DNA of 64,000 nucleotides from Macrostomum lignano (GCA_002269645.1 NIVC01001560.1:14338-78337), one strand, 5' to 3'. Positions 10,335 through 24,093 are shown, counted from the first letter of the stretch. Translations and numbers: made by a program. The notes: generated from the sequence alone by a model not told the origin.

Positions 10335-13300
10335 GTGATGAGGCATGTACGGCTGGGTGCTGTACAATTCCCTAGGCAGAGGCTGGGCAACGGCTGCTCC
10401 AGGGGCCGCAGCCGTATAGCGATCCTGCCGCTTCAACAGGGTCTTCGTCTTGCGCCTCGGCCGGTACTTATAGTCCGGGTGGTCCTTCATGTGGATGGCG
10501 CGCAGCCGCTTGGCCTCATCAATGAACGGGCGCTTCTCAGTCTCGCTGAGACTCTTCCACTCGGCGCCGAGACGCTTGCTGATCTCCGAGTTGTGCATCT
10601 TCGGGTTCTCCTGGGCCATCTTCCGGCGCTGACCCCGGCTCCACACCATGAAGGCGTTCATTGGGCGCTTGACGCGGTCGTCCTTTCGGCCAGACGAGTC
10701 GCCTCCAGATGCGGCGGTTCCGGCGGAGCCCTTCACCGATGACGTCATTGCCGGAGACAGCAGGCTCAGGTGGCCGACAGGGGTGCACTGCAAAGGCACA
10801 GGCAGGCAGGGGGGCTCTTCGGGCATTAATGACGCAAAACTTGCAGCAGAACAAGCGGTGGCCCTCTTTGAGCGCGGTAAAGTTGGTCTGAAGCCACCTG
10901 TGGCCCAGTGTCTAGGGATAATTACTGACTGGTTCCCTTTGGACAGCCGGGGACTGCCGTAAAGTGTGGAAATTACGTAACGCAGAATTATATGAGGTAC
11001 ATAGGGTGATTTATCTTCGTGATATTCAGAAATCTTTCATGAAAAGTACTCGTATAGAATGAGTGGGATTCTTAGAGATTTAAATTCTTATAGGGACCTG
11101 TTTTTAAACCGTTCTTTTTATCCCCTACTTACCTACTATCAACTTACAGATGCATCCACTATTATACTAACTTCAGCTGCCGATCCATCTATCTATCTAC
11201 CTACCTACCTACCTACCTACCTACCTACCTACCTACCTACCTACCTACCTACCTACACACCTACCTACCTACCATACTACCGATTAAAATACCAACCTAC
11301 CACCAAAAACTGCCCAATATTTTACAGTACTGCCCCTGAAAAAGCTTCTGGAAGGGTTCGAAATCCAAAAACTGTTAGCTACCCAAGAAAACAAACTCCT
11401 ACAGAGTGAAATGCACATTTTTAATTGAGGAATATTGACTAGCAAAAGACTCTTGAAATTCTTGCCCCTGCCCGGCAAAGCGGGGAAAAAAGCATGAGCA
11501 TAGAGGATGAGAGGCAAGTACTGCTCCGACAGAAGTGCACCCCGGGGGCCCCTAATGACAGCTTTTTTTCTCGAGGCGCGCAGGTGTGCTTTTGCGTGCG
11601 AGACTTTCCCCACACATTTGCAGCAAGCCAGCCAGCCAGCCAGTCTCTCTACTTTGCTCCCATCACTTTTTCTGCTTCCCTCATTCCCCGCTGAGGGTGT
11701 ACGGCACACGGTGAGACTGACAATGGGCCACGGGCGCAGCCGTAGCCTAGTTACCTAGCCATGACAAGCTGCCAGACTGGAACACTACGGCTGATGGCGC
11801 TCACTAAGGGTTGACAACTCGAAGGGGGATGGAGAGCGGAGCAGAGGCGGGATCCCAAACTCCCCCACCCACCCAAAATTATTGCTATGGGACCCCCCGC
11901 GGCGCTGGCATGCAGGATGTGGGGACTCGACGCCCACCGCCGCCGCCCCCCTCCCCAAGGGGTCCGCCCGAGCGACAAGAATTTTAATATAATAACGACA
12001 AGATGGAGCGAATTTTTTCATTATGAACTACGACGCAAAAGCGGAGGGGAGCCGCAGCGCTGCGGGGGGCTCGCTGGTTGAGAGGCTAAGTGAAGCCAGC
12101 GAGCACCTGTCCCAGCCCTATAGTCCTTCTCACTTGTCACCTGTCTTATCTCCCCTGTCTTATCTCCCCTGTCTTATGTCCCCTGTCTTATGTCCCCTGT
12201 CTTATGTCCCCTGTCTTATGTCCCCTGTCTTATGTCCCCTGTCTTATGTCCCCTGTCTTATGTCCCCTGTCTTATCTCCCCTGTCTTATGTCCCCTGTCT
12301 TATGTCACCTGTCTTATCTCGCCTGTCTTATGTCTCCTGTCTTATGTCCCCTGTCTTATGTCCCCTGTCTTATCTCACCTGTCTTATCTCACCTGTCTTA
12401 TCTCACCTGTCTTATCTCACCTGTCTTATCTCACCTGTCTTATCTCACCTGTCTTATCTCACCTGTCTTATCTCACCTGTCTTATCTCACCTGTCTTATC
12501 TCACCTGTCTTATCTCACCTGTCTTATCTCACCTGTCTTATCTCACCTGTCTTATCTCACCTGTCTTATCTCACCTGTCTTATCTCACCTGTCTTATCTC
12601 ACCTGTCTTATCTCACCTGTCTTATCTCACCTGTCTTATCTCACCTGTCTTATCTCACCTGTCTTATGTCCCCTGTCATATGTCCCCTGTCATATGTCCC
12701 GTCTTATGTCCCCTGTCCCCTGTTTCATGTTCGCCGTCTTATATCCCCTCTCGATTGTCCTATGTCTCCTGTCCTATGTCCCCTGTCCTATGTCCCCTGT
12801 CCACTGTCCTATTTCCCCTGTCAACTGTCCTATGTCCCCTGTCCACTGTCCTATTTCCCCTGTCAACTGTCCTATGTCCCCTGTCCACTGTCCTATGCCC
12901 CCTGTCCACTGTCCTATGTCCCCTGTCCTATGTCCCCTGTCCTATGTCCCCTGTCCTATGTCCCCTGTCCTATGTCCCCTGTCCTATGTCCCCTGTCCTA
13001 TGTCCCCTGTCCTATGTCCCCTGTCCTATGTCCCCTGTCCTATGTCCCCTGTCCTATGTCCCCTGTCCTATGTCCCCTGTCACTCACTGAAGCGGAGTTA
13101 TTAGACGCCATCGCGGGAGTTGACGCAGGTGACATGTCCTCGCCCATGTCTCCGCCGCCGGCACCGCCGCCGTTGCACGAGTCTCCGCTCAAGCTGTTGT
13201 CTCCGCCGTCGCCGCCGCCGCCCTGAACGCCGCCAACGCCAAGAAGATGATGCTGTCTAAGATCGTCCGGCTGCAGCTGCTGAGGCTGCAAATGCTGATG

Positions 13301-13439
13301 CTGGAGCAGCTGGTACTGTTGGTGCTGCTGCTGCTGCTGGTGCAGCGAATGGTAGCCGAAGTCCGGGTACATGTCGTAGCGACCGTACGCGGGATGCTGG
13401 CCTGAGTAAGCATCGCGAAGCAAATGATGTTGCTGCTGT

Positions 13440-13471
<32 letters not shown>

Positions 13472-13501
13472 CTGCTGCTGAATGTGCAGCTCTGCCGTCA
13501 T
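9834..13501 (-). CDS. SoxB1: SoxB1-group HMG-box transcription factor, two exons (13501-13088, 10787-9834), ~455 aa, polyQ/polyH-rich
   Basis: HMG box [39 protein letters not shown]...[14 protein letters not shown] (the KTKTL group-B motif is typical of B1). Exon 1 (414 nt) ends at a TCA|gtgagt donor in phase 0. It matches a phase-0 acceptor, cccccctgcctgcctgtgcctttgcag|TGC, at 10788/10787. Family call about 0.95; two-exon model about 0.75. Confidence 0.9.
11185..11275. repeat. (ACCT)n microsatellite in the SoxB1 intron
   Basis: Direct periodicity. Confidence 0.95.
12105..13081. repeat. 14-bp minisatellite (tgtcttatgtcccc / tgtcttatctcacc / tgtcctatgtcccc) in the SoxB1 intron
   Basis: Three homogenised sub-blocks. 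On the minus strand the array begins 6 nt after the donor. Confidence 0.97.
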
Positions 13502-15379
13502 TTTTATAGATTTTTATCTGCCCTCTCTTCTCCTACTTCTGTCCTAGACGATGTCTTTATTCTTCTGGCTGAGCCGGGGCGCGAATCAATTCTGAATTGG
13601 GTGGGCTTAAACAATAACTCAATTATTACGTTGACAATAGAGAGACAGATGGGGGAGCAGTATAATAAGCCTCTGTGAATGGATCTCGGTGGATTATTGT
13701 CCTACACAATAAGTAGTTCACAAAGCGTCTGCCGCCGACCAGCCAAATAATGGGGAGGCTTTGCTTTTGTATCTTTTGCCTGTCTTTCTTCTGCCTGTCT
13801 CTCTGCACCGCGCGGAACCAAAGAAAGGACCAATAAGAGAGAGAGGAGCTTCTGTCAAGGGCTACCGTATTGAATTTTGTCCTGCCGGTTTGGCTTTTGC
13901 AATGGATTGGTGGGGTCATGGACTCCGGTACTATATGCTTAATAGCAATATATCTGAGGCCGGGGTGGTGGGGGTGGGGGTTGGCCCACTGAGGGGCTGC
14001 GGGCCCGGCAGCCACCCCACTCCGCCTACTAACGATGAGATTTTGCTCTCTCTCTCTCTCTTTGCTGCATTGAGACTCTTCCCAGCTTGTCATTGGTCCG
14101 CTGGCCCATTGTTGCTCAGCTTTCTCCTCAGCCCCCACCTCAGCATTGGACTGCAGCCCGCTAGCAGAGTGGGAGAGAGAGAGAGACAGAAAAAGAGTTG
14201 CTTCCAAGCATCTGCAGTCGCCATCAGGCTTTAACTAGGCTTTCCCAGTTTCAAATCCCATTTTCTATGAGGCAAGAGACTTAGCCAGGTCCAGCCCACT
14301 ACGCGCAGATGGGCGTAAAAGGCTGCCCACCGCAGTAGGGATCTGGGAATAAGAACTCAGTCGCAGAAGAGCTGCAAAAACGGGTAGAGTCCCAGCTTCT
14401 CTACTCCAGCCAGCCAAGCCTCCAAAGTGATGGCGACTGACTTTTTCCTTTAAAAAATGTCTTTTCCCTCCCTAAAAGACGGGGGCGTTTTAACCTTCGC
14501 GTCAAACAGTCTTGCTTCTTTTTGTCAGGTGTTTTGACTAGAACTAGAAGCAACACATGGTTTCCCTAGTTCTGTAGTGCTAGCTATGCAAGTGTTATAA
14601 TAGACTTTTCAAAAAAGGAACAACAAACTTTAGCACACGGCCTACAGAGAGGCCAGGCCTGAGATGCTAACTAAGGGACTGTATGAGAATGCTAAGCCTG
14701 CCACAGCAGGTTCCGACAATGCAACTAAGCTAGCGATATTCGAACTTTGAGTCTGAGTCACCTCATCTTAGTCTCATTATGATGAGGGTACGAAGAAGGC
14801 AACACAAGCGCAGCTCTGCTCAATATTGTCCAGTCGTCCTATATCTGTCTTACCTATATCTGTCCTCTGCTCAAGCCTCTCTCAGAATCTTCCAACAATC
14901 TACGACATCATCCGCCATCATCAAGCTCAAGGGCGGCCGTGTGTAAATTCCATTTCGCTCATTATGCCAGCCGCACCCTGACTGACTGACTGGGCTGATT
15001 TCTAGCTGTTCAGGCCGGGAAAAGGGGCGGCGCGGACCCCACATGCAAAACGATGCGGGTATTGCAAGCTCTTTAATATACGGGCTCAAAAGCAGGGTCC
15101 TGTTGGTGGCGGTTGCCTTCTACTAAGGTGCAAGGGGAATGGGGAAATAATCGACCGCCATCCACTTTGGGATTTTGTTCCGAATCTAGCAGATAAAATG
15201 TTGAAATGTCGGATCGGATTTCTGCCTACCGATGCTTGCTCCAGTCCCCGGATACCGCATGCGTGTAGAAATTCGATGAGAAAAATTATCTGCTAACAAA
15301 TAGATTCACGGGATCTTTTCGAATTGTCGTTGCTCAAAAATTGTCCTAATCAAAATTAGACAGAAAAGGATGAGGTGAC

Positions 15380-15945
15380 AGAAAAGGGGAGAGAGGGTAG
15401 AGAAGGAGAGAGGGTAGAGAAGGAGAGAGGGTAGAGAAGGAGAGAGGGTAGAGAAGGAGAGAGGGTAGAGAAGGAGAGAGGGTAGAGAAGGAGAGAGGGT
15501 AGAGAAGGAGAGAGGGTAGAGAAGGAGAGAGGGTAGAGAAGGAGAGAGGGTAGAGAAGGAGAGAGGGTAGAGAAGGAGAGAGGGTAGAGAAGGAGAGAGG
15601 GTAGAGAAGGAGAGAGGGTAGAGAAGGAGAGAGGGTAGAGAAGGAGAGAGGGTAGAGAAGGAGAGAGGGTAGAGAAGGAGAGAGGGTAGAGAAGGAGAGA
15701 GGGTAGAGGAGGGGAGAGTGGATAGAAGGAGAGAGGGGAGAGGGTAGAGAAGGAGAGAGGGTAGAGAAGGAGAGAGGGTAGAGAAGGAGAGAGGGTAGAG
15801 AAGGAGAGAGGGGAGAGAAGGAGAGAGGGGAGAGAAGGAGAGAAGGGAGAGAAGGAGAGAGGGGAGAGAAGGAGAGAGGGGAGAGAAGGAGAGAGGGGAG
15901 AGAGAGAGGGGAGAGGAGAGGTGAGAAGAGGAGAGGGGAGAAGAA
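15380..15945. repeat. 17-bp polypurine minisatellite (gagagggtagagaagga)
   Basis: Direct periodicity with degenerate ends. Confidence 0.95.
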
Positions 15946-17867
15946 ACAGTCTCAATGCTGGAACCCAGACAAGGCCAGGCCTGTTTGAAGCGCGGCAGCA
16001 CAAGAGTGAGAGATGGCCGATACGGGCCCGCTCCAAGTGCTTCCTGTGACAAGCGCTGCGCCAGGTTTTTGCATCCACAGCCTCTCCCTGCTCCCCCCCC
16101 CCTGGATCTTAATCTATCATCCTTGCCTTGCGCAGTCTTTTTCATCAGCGGGAGACCCCGCGCAGTACAGAGACTACCGGGCTACGGCTCTCTGGCATCC
16201 GGCTTACAAGACTCCTAGGAGAATAACACTCCGCTCCGCTACTCTGGAGAGCAGGAAAAAGTCGGCGCTGCTTTCTGAGCTTCTTTTTGAGTTTTTATTT
16301 TATTTTTCCCGGGAGCTGCAAGCGTTTCCTCTTGGCAGGCGGCTCCCAGCCGAGGACCAGATGTCCCAGCTAAGGTGGTGGGGGGGGGGCGAAGCAGCAT
16401 TCCGAACGCAAACTCCGAATGCTCAGGAGTCAGCGTAATGGGCAGAATTGTCGTCAGCACTGGCTGTGCGATGAGAGCGCGCAAAATACCAAAAAATCAT
16501 AAAAAACTTTAAAATCAGTTTTAGAAGAAATTCATTTCGAAGTAAGAAGTGAAATTTGTCGTCAGCGTAGCGTCCTTTTTACTTTTACTGGTCCATGCTC
16601 GCACCTGGGTCTTTGCGGTGTGGGTGTTATAATCTGAGAATAATTAGTCCAACCTAGTCCAACCAACTGCTGAAGTTTGGCACGTTGCGTCTGGCTCAGC
16701 ACAACCCCCGACCCTACGGATTAGCGCATTTGGCGCCGCAGCTGCTGGTACGGCCCCCCTCAGCACGTCAGCTGCTCACAGCTAATTTTCTTGGAGCTGA
16801 GCGAGAAATTTTTCTTTGGCGGCAGGTGCGATTTTGCAGAGAAATTCGGGAGGAGGCTCTGGCGGATGGCGCAAGAATCCTGGATGCGATAATTACCTAT
16901 GAAGCGTCAAAGTCCATTGCCATAAATAGTTCCTGGATGAATAAACTACGGCTGGTTGGTTGGCTTGGTCGCGGCACGTTAAGTCTGGTGATTACGTCAT
17001 CCGACTAGATGGTATGATTTATTACGCACGGATCGGCTACCAGGGTTAGGCTAGGCACTGAGCACTTGTGCCTATTTTTATATATTAGATGGCATTTACA
17101 CTGGGAGTTGTCTAGGCACCCGGGGAGCCACTTGTGCCGGCTATTCAATCATAGATTTTTTAGATCCCCAAGGCTATGCTAACACTGAGCACTGTCAAGG
17201 GCCCCCGCCTCGCCAGAGCAGTCACCTGTTGTTCGAGATCTTCGCAACTTCAAGTGGTCTGGGAGAAAACACTGGAGATGAAGCACTGTTCATTGTCATC
17301 GAATCTTATTCTTCTGTAGAGACTTCCCTCCCCACATCTCACGTTCCCTGGCTAAACCGTGCCTATTGGCATAAAATATGACCGCGCTATGCTTTTTAAT
17401 TAAATCCCGGATATTGAGACACCCAGGCTGAGGGGCCTGATGAGGAGAAATGCGCGGAGACAGTGCAGACCGGATTAGGATAAAACTTGCAGATTCAGAA
17501 GCAGCACGTTATCGCCACCCCCAAGCCAACTGAGAGAGAGACTCAGCATCAGATGAAGGACCACCGGGATCTGAATAAGAAGAGTCGGTTTTATAAGCGA
17601 CATCAGCCCTTCCAAGTCAAACTGGCCGCAGTGACTGAGAGAACAGCCGCCCATATTACAGACCTCATTTTGAAGATCTCATAGGCCTGATAGATGTGAT
17701 TGAATTTGCATAACAACTTGGGAGAAAAGGCTGCGGATGCGGGGTGAAACAGGTTCTGCATTTATTTTACTTTGACTCCGGCATACACTGGAATGGGAAG
17801 AGGAGTTTCTGAATTGGCAAGCTGCATTGACCAGAGGATTAAAGAGCGGTACGGCAGTAGGAAGTCA

Positions 17868-18520
17868 GGAGTGACTGAGACTGAGAGTGACAACAGTAAG
17901 GAGTGACTGAGACTAAGAGTGACATAACAGTAAGGAGTGACTGAGACTAAGAGTGACATAACAGTAAGGAGTGACTGAGACTGAGAGTGACAACAGTAAG
18001 GAGTGACTGAGACTAAGAGTGACAACAGTAAGGAGTGACTGAGACTAAGAGTGACATAACAGTAAGGAGTGACAGAGACTGAGAGTGACAGAACAGTTAG
18101 GAGTGACAGAGACTGAGAGTGACAGAACAGTTAGGAGTGACAGAGACTGAGAGTGACAGAACAGTTAGGAGTGACAGAGACTGAGAGTGACAGAACAGTT
18201 AGGAGTGACAGAGACTGAGAGTGACAGAACAGTTAGGAGTGACAGAGACTGAGAGTGACAGAACAGTTAGGAGTGACTGAGACAGAGTGATAGAACAGTA
18301 AGGAGTGACTGAGACTGAGAGTGACAGAACAGCTAGGAGTGACTGAGACAGAGTGATAGAACAGTAAGGAGTGACTGAGACTGAGAGTGACAGAACAGTT
18401 AGGAGTGAATGAGACTGAGAGTGACAGGGCAGCCCTAGGAGTGACAAAGTTAGGCAGTGGCAAGGTCGGTCGGGAGTGACAAGGCCGGTCGGGAGTGACA
18501 AGGTCGGCTGGGAGTGACCA
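17868..18520. repeat. 32-34-bp minisatellite (aggagtgacagagactgagagtgacagaacagtt) followed by ~3 copies of a 19-bp unit
   Basis: Direct periodicity. Confidence 0.93.
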
Positions 18521-18672
18521 GAAGTCTCTTTCACTTATGTGTATGACACAGTGTCACAAAGGGCATTTACATCTTATTTCATATCGAACTGCCCTCTCGC
18601 GCAGAAAGAAAAAGGCAAGCAGGTTTTTTGTCTCAACTAAATTTTCTATTCTTTTCTCTTCATCTTTTTTGT

Positions 18673-18675
<3 letters not shown>

Positions 18676-18753
<78 letters not shown>

Positions 18754-18762
18754 TCTCTCTCT
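18676..18762. repeat. (CT)n microsatellite
   Basis: Direct periodicity. Confidence 0.97.
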
Positions 18763-19984
18763 TTGAAGAAAAAAATAGAACGGTTCGGCGCGCTTTGGCG
18801 GCAAAGAGTAGAAAGATCGAGTGTTTTATTTGAGCAGACTCTCAACAGGTGCACTCTCCGCCCCTCGGTATGCACCCCGCCGTCCTTCTGTCTTGTCGAA
18901 TAAAAAATACAAAGTTAAGAAATGCTAGCAGCTCAACTAAGTTTGAGTCAAGTTGGTCTATTATTTGTTATATACGAGGCTGACTGTGCCTGCTGGTGAC
19001 TGAGCAGCAGTAAAGCGCTCTGTAGCCAGATAAATGGCTATAGCAGCACCTATGTTAGCCCCCCGCAATTCTGCCTCACCCACCACCCCATCCCAGCAGT
19101 TTCCGCATGGCTGCCCGCCGCTCAACCCCCCCCCCTCAACCCCCTGCACCCCTGTCGTTCCGCTCATCTAGACAGACACAAAAGACCAGTGGTGCTGGTG
19201 GCTGGGGCTGGGTTAGACTTCTTGCAGCTTCCCTTGAGCATCATCTCTCTCTCTCTCTCTCTCTGACCTCTGTCTCTCTGCTTTCGCGGTTGTCAGAAAT
19301 TGTTTCTCGCTTGCCTCTCTCATTGCTGACTAAAAATTGCAGGCTCTGGTAGTCTGTTACACAGCAATATTTAAATCTGCCTTTTTATAACCCGAGTGTG
19401 CTTCTATATAAATTCTATTACTACTATGTATTAATATTAGAAAATAGCTAGAGCCCATCAACTTGCTGTGGGTTTTGAGCTGTAAGAGTCGGATGCAGCT
19501 AAGTTAAGCTGAGGAGCTCCCTCTCTCTCCATTCCCGGAAACTGGGAGGGGGGGGGAGTCCCCGAGATTCTTCCGCATCTTCATCATCAACTCAAAGCTC
19601 TTTAATTCCCCATACACACGTGGGATAGGACGAAAACTTAAGGGCCGGCCGGGATGTGGGGGCTCCGCGAGGCTCCAAAAAGTTTGGAATTACGTTAGAA
19701 ACCCTGGAGGGGGAGGCCGAGGAAAATGGATGGTGGAGGGTTTGGGGAAGGCGCTTCGCTTATCCCATCCTTTTCTTCACGTGTCTCGCGCCCACCTGGA
19801 AGCTTCGCTTCCGTGCTTGGGAGTGAGGCTGTGGATTTGGCCAAGGCGATGCCCGAGCCTTCAGCTTCATTCCATAGAGAGGATGAAGCCGTTTTTCGTG
19901 TCTCTCGCATGCCAAAGATTCTTGGCCACTCCAGTTAAGTCTGTTCGTCAGAGGCCGATTCACCTATAAGGGATCCAATGGAGA

Positions 19985-20968
19985 AAGGATTTAAAGAGAG
20001 GGGATCTAAGAGGGAGGGGACCTATAGAGAGGGGATCTAAGAGGGAGGGGACCTATAGAGAGGGATCTAAGGAGACGGGATCTAGGGAGAGGGGATCTAG
20101 GAAGAGGGGATCTAGAGAGAAGGGATCTAGGGAGAGGGGATCTAGGGAGAGGGGATCTAGAGAGAAGGGATCTAGGGAGAGGGGATCTAGGAAGAGGGGA
20201 TCTAAGGAGTGGGATCTAAGGAGTGGGGATCTAAGGAGTGGGGATCTAAGGAGTGGGGATCTAAGGAGTGGGGATCTAAGGAGTGGGGATCTAAGGAGTG
20301 GGGATCTAAGGAGTGGAGATCTAAGGAGTGGGGATCTAAGGAGTGGGGATCTAAGGAGTGGGGATCTAAGGAGTGGGGATCTAAGGAGTGGGGATCTAAG
20401 GAGTGGGGATCTAAGGAGTGGGGATCTAAGGAGTGGGGATCTAAGGAGTGGGGATCTAAGGAGTGGGGATCTAGGGAGTGGGGATCTAAGGAGTGGGGAT
20501 CTAAGGAGTGGGGATCTAAGGAGTGGGGATCTAAGGAGTGGGGATCTAAGGAGTGGGGATCTAAGGAGTGGGGATCTAAGGAGTGGGGATCTAAGGAGTG
20601 GGGATCTAAGGAGTGGGGATCTAGGGAGTGGGGATCTAAGGAGTGGGGATCTAAGGAGTGGGGATCTAAGGAGTGGAGATCTAAGGAGTGGGGATCTAAG
20701 GAGTGGGGATCTAAGGAGTGGGGATCTAAGGAGTGGGGATCTAGGGAGTGGGGATCTAAGGAGTGGGGATCTAAGGAGTGGGGATCTAAGGAGTGGGGAT
20801 CTAAGGAGTGGGGATCTAAGGAGTGGGGATCTAAGGAGTGGGGATCTAGGGAGTGGGGATCTAAGGAGTGGGGATCTAAGGAGTGGGGATCTAAGGAGTG
20901 GGGATCTAAGGAGTGGGGATCTAAGGAGTGGGGATCTAAGGAGTGGGGATCTAAGGAGTGGGGATCTA
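19985..20968. repeat. 15-bp minisatellite (ggggatctaaggagt), ~50 homogeneous copies after a degenerate block
   Basis: Direct periodicity. Confidence 0.97.
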
Positions 20969-21511
20969 ATACTAAATAGCCTAATTCCAGTTCCCATTCC
21001 TCAATAATTGTTAACCGCCATAAATAAAAACTAAGCAAGACAACAAATTTTGCTTTTCTGTTGCCAATAAAAATAACGAATTTCTTTGGAAACCGAAGAA
21101 ACGCACAGAATCAAAATGAGTCAGAGAGTTCACGAGGATCCCAGGGCCATTGATAGTAAAAAAATAGAGGCTGCTTAAGGCAGCAGCAATTTTAAAGGGA
21201 TTAAGGCCCGCATTTCCCCGATCGGCAGTGATGAGGACAGGAGAGACTGGGGAGCGGGGCCCGATGAAGGTGATGGTACTGATGCTGAGTCCCCGGGATC
21301 TGATAAATTTCGCAAGTGCGGGAGCAGGCGTGCAGCCTGAATCAGAAATATTCATCATATGGCTTTTTAATAACGCTACTATGCGTTACCAACCCTACTG
21401 ACTCTTGCTGACTCCGGCAAGCATGAATTGAAATTAGTCAATTGAGTTGCTGAGGGCAGGAGGCCAATGTCAGTACACAGATACATCACTTTATCTGTTT
21501 TATTTGTCCAA

Positions 21512-22248
21512 ACTTCCTTATCCTTCCTTATTCTCTCTTCCCGATTCCCTGTTGTTTTTCTTATTCTCTCTTCCCGATTCCCTGTTGTTTTTCTTATTCT
21601 CTCTTCCCGATTCCCTGTTGTTTTCCTTATATTCTACTCTCTTCCCGATTCCCTGTTGTTTTCCTTATACTCTCTTCCCGATTCCCTGTTGTTTTCCTTA
21701 TACTCTCTTCCCGATTCCCTGTTGTTTTCTTTATACTCTCTTCCCGATTCCCTGTTGTTTTCCTTATACTCTCTTCCCGATTCCCTGTTGTTTTCCTTAT
21801 TCTCTCTTCTCGATTCCCTGTTGTTTTCCTTATACTCTCTTCCCGATTCCCTGTTGTTTTCCTTATTCTCTCTTCCCGATTCCCTGTTGTTTTCCTTATA
21901 CTCTCTTCCCGATTCCCTGTTGTTTTCCTAATTCTCTCTCCCGATTCCCTGTTGTTTTCCTTATTCTCTCTTCCCGATTCCCTGTTGTTTTCCTTATTCT
22001 CTCTTCTCGATTCCCTGTTGTTTTTCTTATACTCTCTTCCCGATTCCCTGCTGTTTTCCTTATACTCTCTTCCCGATTCCCTGTTGTTTTCCTTATACTC
22101 TCTTCCCGATTCCCTGTTGTTTTCCTTATTCTCTCTTCCCGATTCCCTGTTGTTTTCCTTATTCTCTCTTCCCGATTCCCTGTTGTTTTCCTTATTCTCT
22201 CTTCCCGATTTCCCTGTTGTTTTCCTTATACTCCATTCCCGATTCCCT
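21512..22248. repeat. 33-bp minisatellite (ttctctcttcccgattccctgttgttttcctta), ~22 copies
   Basis: Direct periodicity. Confidence 0.96.
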
Positions 22249-22734
22249 GATAATAAAACTGACCCTGAATTCTTAGCTCAAAAAGCAGAAAATAAAAATT
22301 TCAAGCCTCCATCTCGGGATTTCTTATCTGGTTTCAGTAGAGGAAAAATAGACTACTCCAAACACGAGGATTAATTGCACACTAATGGAGCTCTGCTACT
22401 ATACTTTTCCTACCTGCATGAAAATCCCAAGCAATAATTCCAGTAATGGCTCCGCTTCCCGCAAAGAAAGATGGCAAAGCGACTCGCAGCAATTCAACCA
22501 TTGAAAGGGGTGGCCTTCTCAGGCCCGCAGAGAGAGATGCTGAGCTTGGGATAAAAATCCCGCTAAATGTCACCGCATTTGCCAGCATGCTTTCGGCTCC
22601 CACCTGGGATGCTGAGCTGGAGAGATTGCGTTGCAATGCTCTCATTGAGAGCTCCCATTTGCCCGCCTGAGCACAGACAGCATCCGCCTTTTGAATGTGG
22701 GATCATCTTCTCCCTGCCTCTGTCCTCTAACTGC

Positions 22735-23300
22735 CTCTAACCTCTCTCTCTTCTATCTCATTCTTATCTCTCTCATCTTTCTCATCTCTCTCAGCTCTCT
22801 CATCTCTCTTATCTCTCTCAGCTCTCTCAACTCTCTAATCTCTCTAGTCTCTCTCTCATCTCTCTCACCTCTCTCATATTTTTTTTTCTATCTCTGATTT
22901 CTCTCATCTCTATCATCTCTCTCATCTCTCTCATCTCTCTTATCTCTCTTATCTACCTCTTATCTCTCTCATCTCTCTCATCTCTCTCATCTCTCTCATC
23001 TCTCTCATCTCTCTCATCTCTCTCATCTCTCTCATCTCTCTCATCTCTCTCATCTCTCTTATCTCTCTTATCTACCTCTTATCTCTCTCATCTCTCTCAT
23101 CTCTCTTATCTCTCTTATCTACCTCTTATCTCTCTCATCTCTCTTATCTCTCTCCGCTCTCTCAATTCTCTAATCTCTCTAGTCTCTCTCTCATCCCTCT
23201 CACCTCTCTCATATTTTTTTTCTATCTCTGATTTCTCTCATCTCTCTCATCTCTCTCATCTCTCTTATCTCCCTCATCTCTCTCATCAATTTTATCTCTT
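22735..23300. repeat. 9-bp pyrimidine-rich repeat (ctctctcat) with an internal ~150-bp duplication
   Basis: Direct periodicity. The block tctctaatctctctagtctc...tctatctctgatttctc occurs at ~22830 and ~23165. Confidence 0.92.
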
Positions 23301-24063
23301 TACTTTCATCTCTATTGCAGCTATCTCAATTACTTTAATAAGTATAGGAGCAAGCCATTGAAATAACGTTTAATAAGATGGTTTTAACAAAAAATAAATA
23401 GCTAGTAGCCGGGCTCTGCAACAATGCCCGGCGGTCATGTTGAAAATTGCACTGCAGGCCTAACTTGATGCACTGTTGACTTAAATAATTGAAGCGAAAT
23501 TTAATTCCCCACTTAGTAGGCGGAGGGACGATTACATATCCATATCCCTATAACTGTCGTCTGTTGCCACCAGGGGGGGGGGTAATAAAACCGCGCAGTG
23601 GTTTATGGGCCCTGGTTTCTAGGGCAGGTCCTCGATTCGGTTGAGCTATCGCTCTGTGAGCGGGAGGAGTGTCAAGTTACCGCCAGAGAAATCGATAATT
23701 TTGGAACTTGCAGATCCTAGCATAATTCTACTCCGACAGTGAATTCTCAATGTTTAACATTTGTCTGCCAGTTCAGAAACTAAGATATAAAAAACTTGAT
23801 AATAAATAAGTGATTTTGCCGTCAAAACTCCCCTCTAGACAACAGATTAACACAATTATGACATGATAGTCGGAAACTTCACATATTTCCTAATTTCTAC
23901 TTAAAGTAGCTGCTTCGTATGTCACGCTTAAAATTTATCTGCCGAAATAGAAACTCATCAGCCTTTGAAAACATGCAACTGATATTCAAACGTCCTCTAT
24001 CTGTGTCCATTCGTCTGTGTCTGCGTGTCTATCTGTTTTAGTGTCCTAGCGTCTTGGTGTATT

Positions 24064-24093
24064 AGTGTCTGTCTGTCTGTCTGTCTGTCTGTA

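Noticed and set aside
10788-10826. ATG at 10826 as the SoxB1 start
   Set aside because: The 13 codons coincide with a polypyrimidine tract and CAG acceptor and are better explained as intron end.
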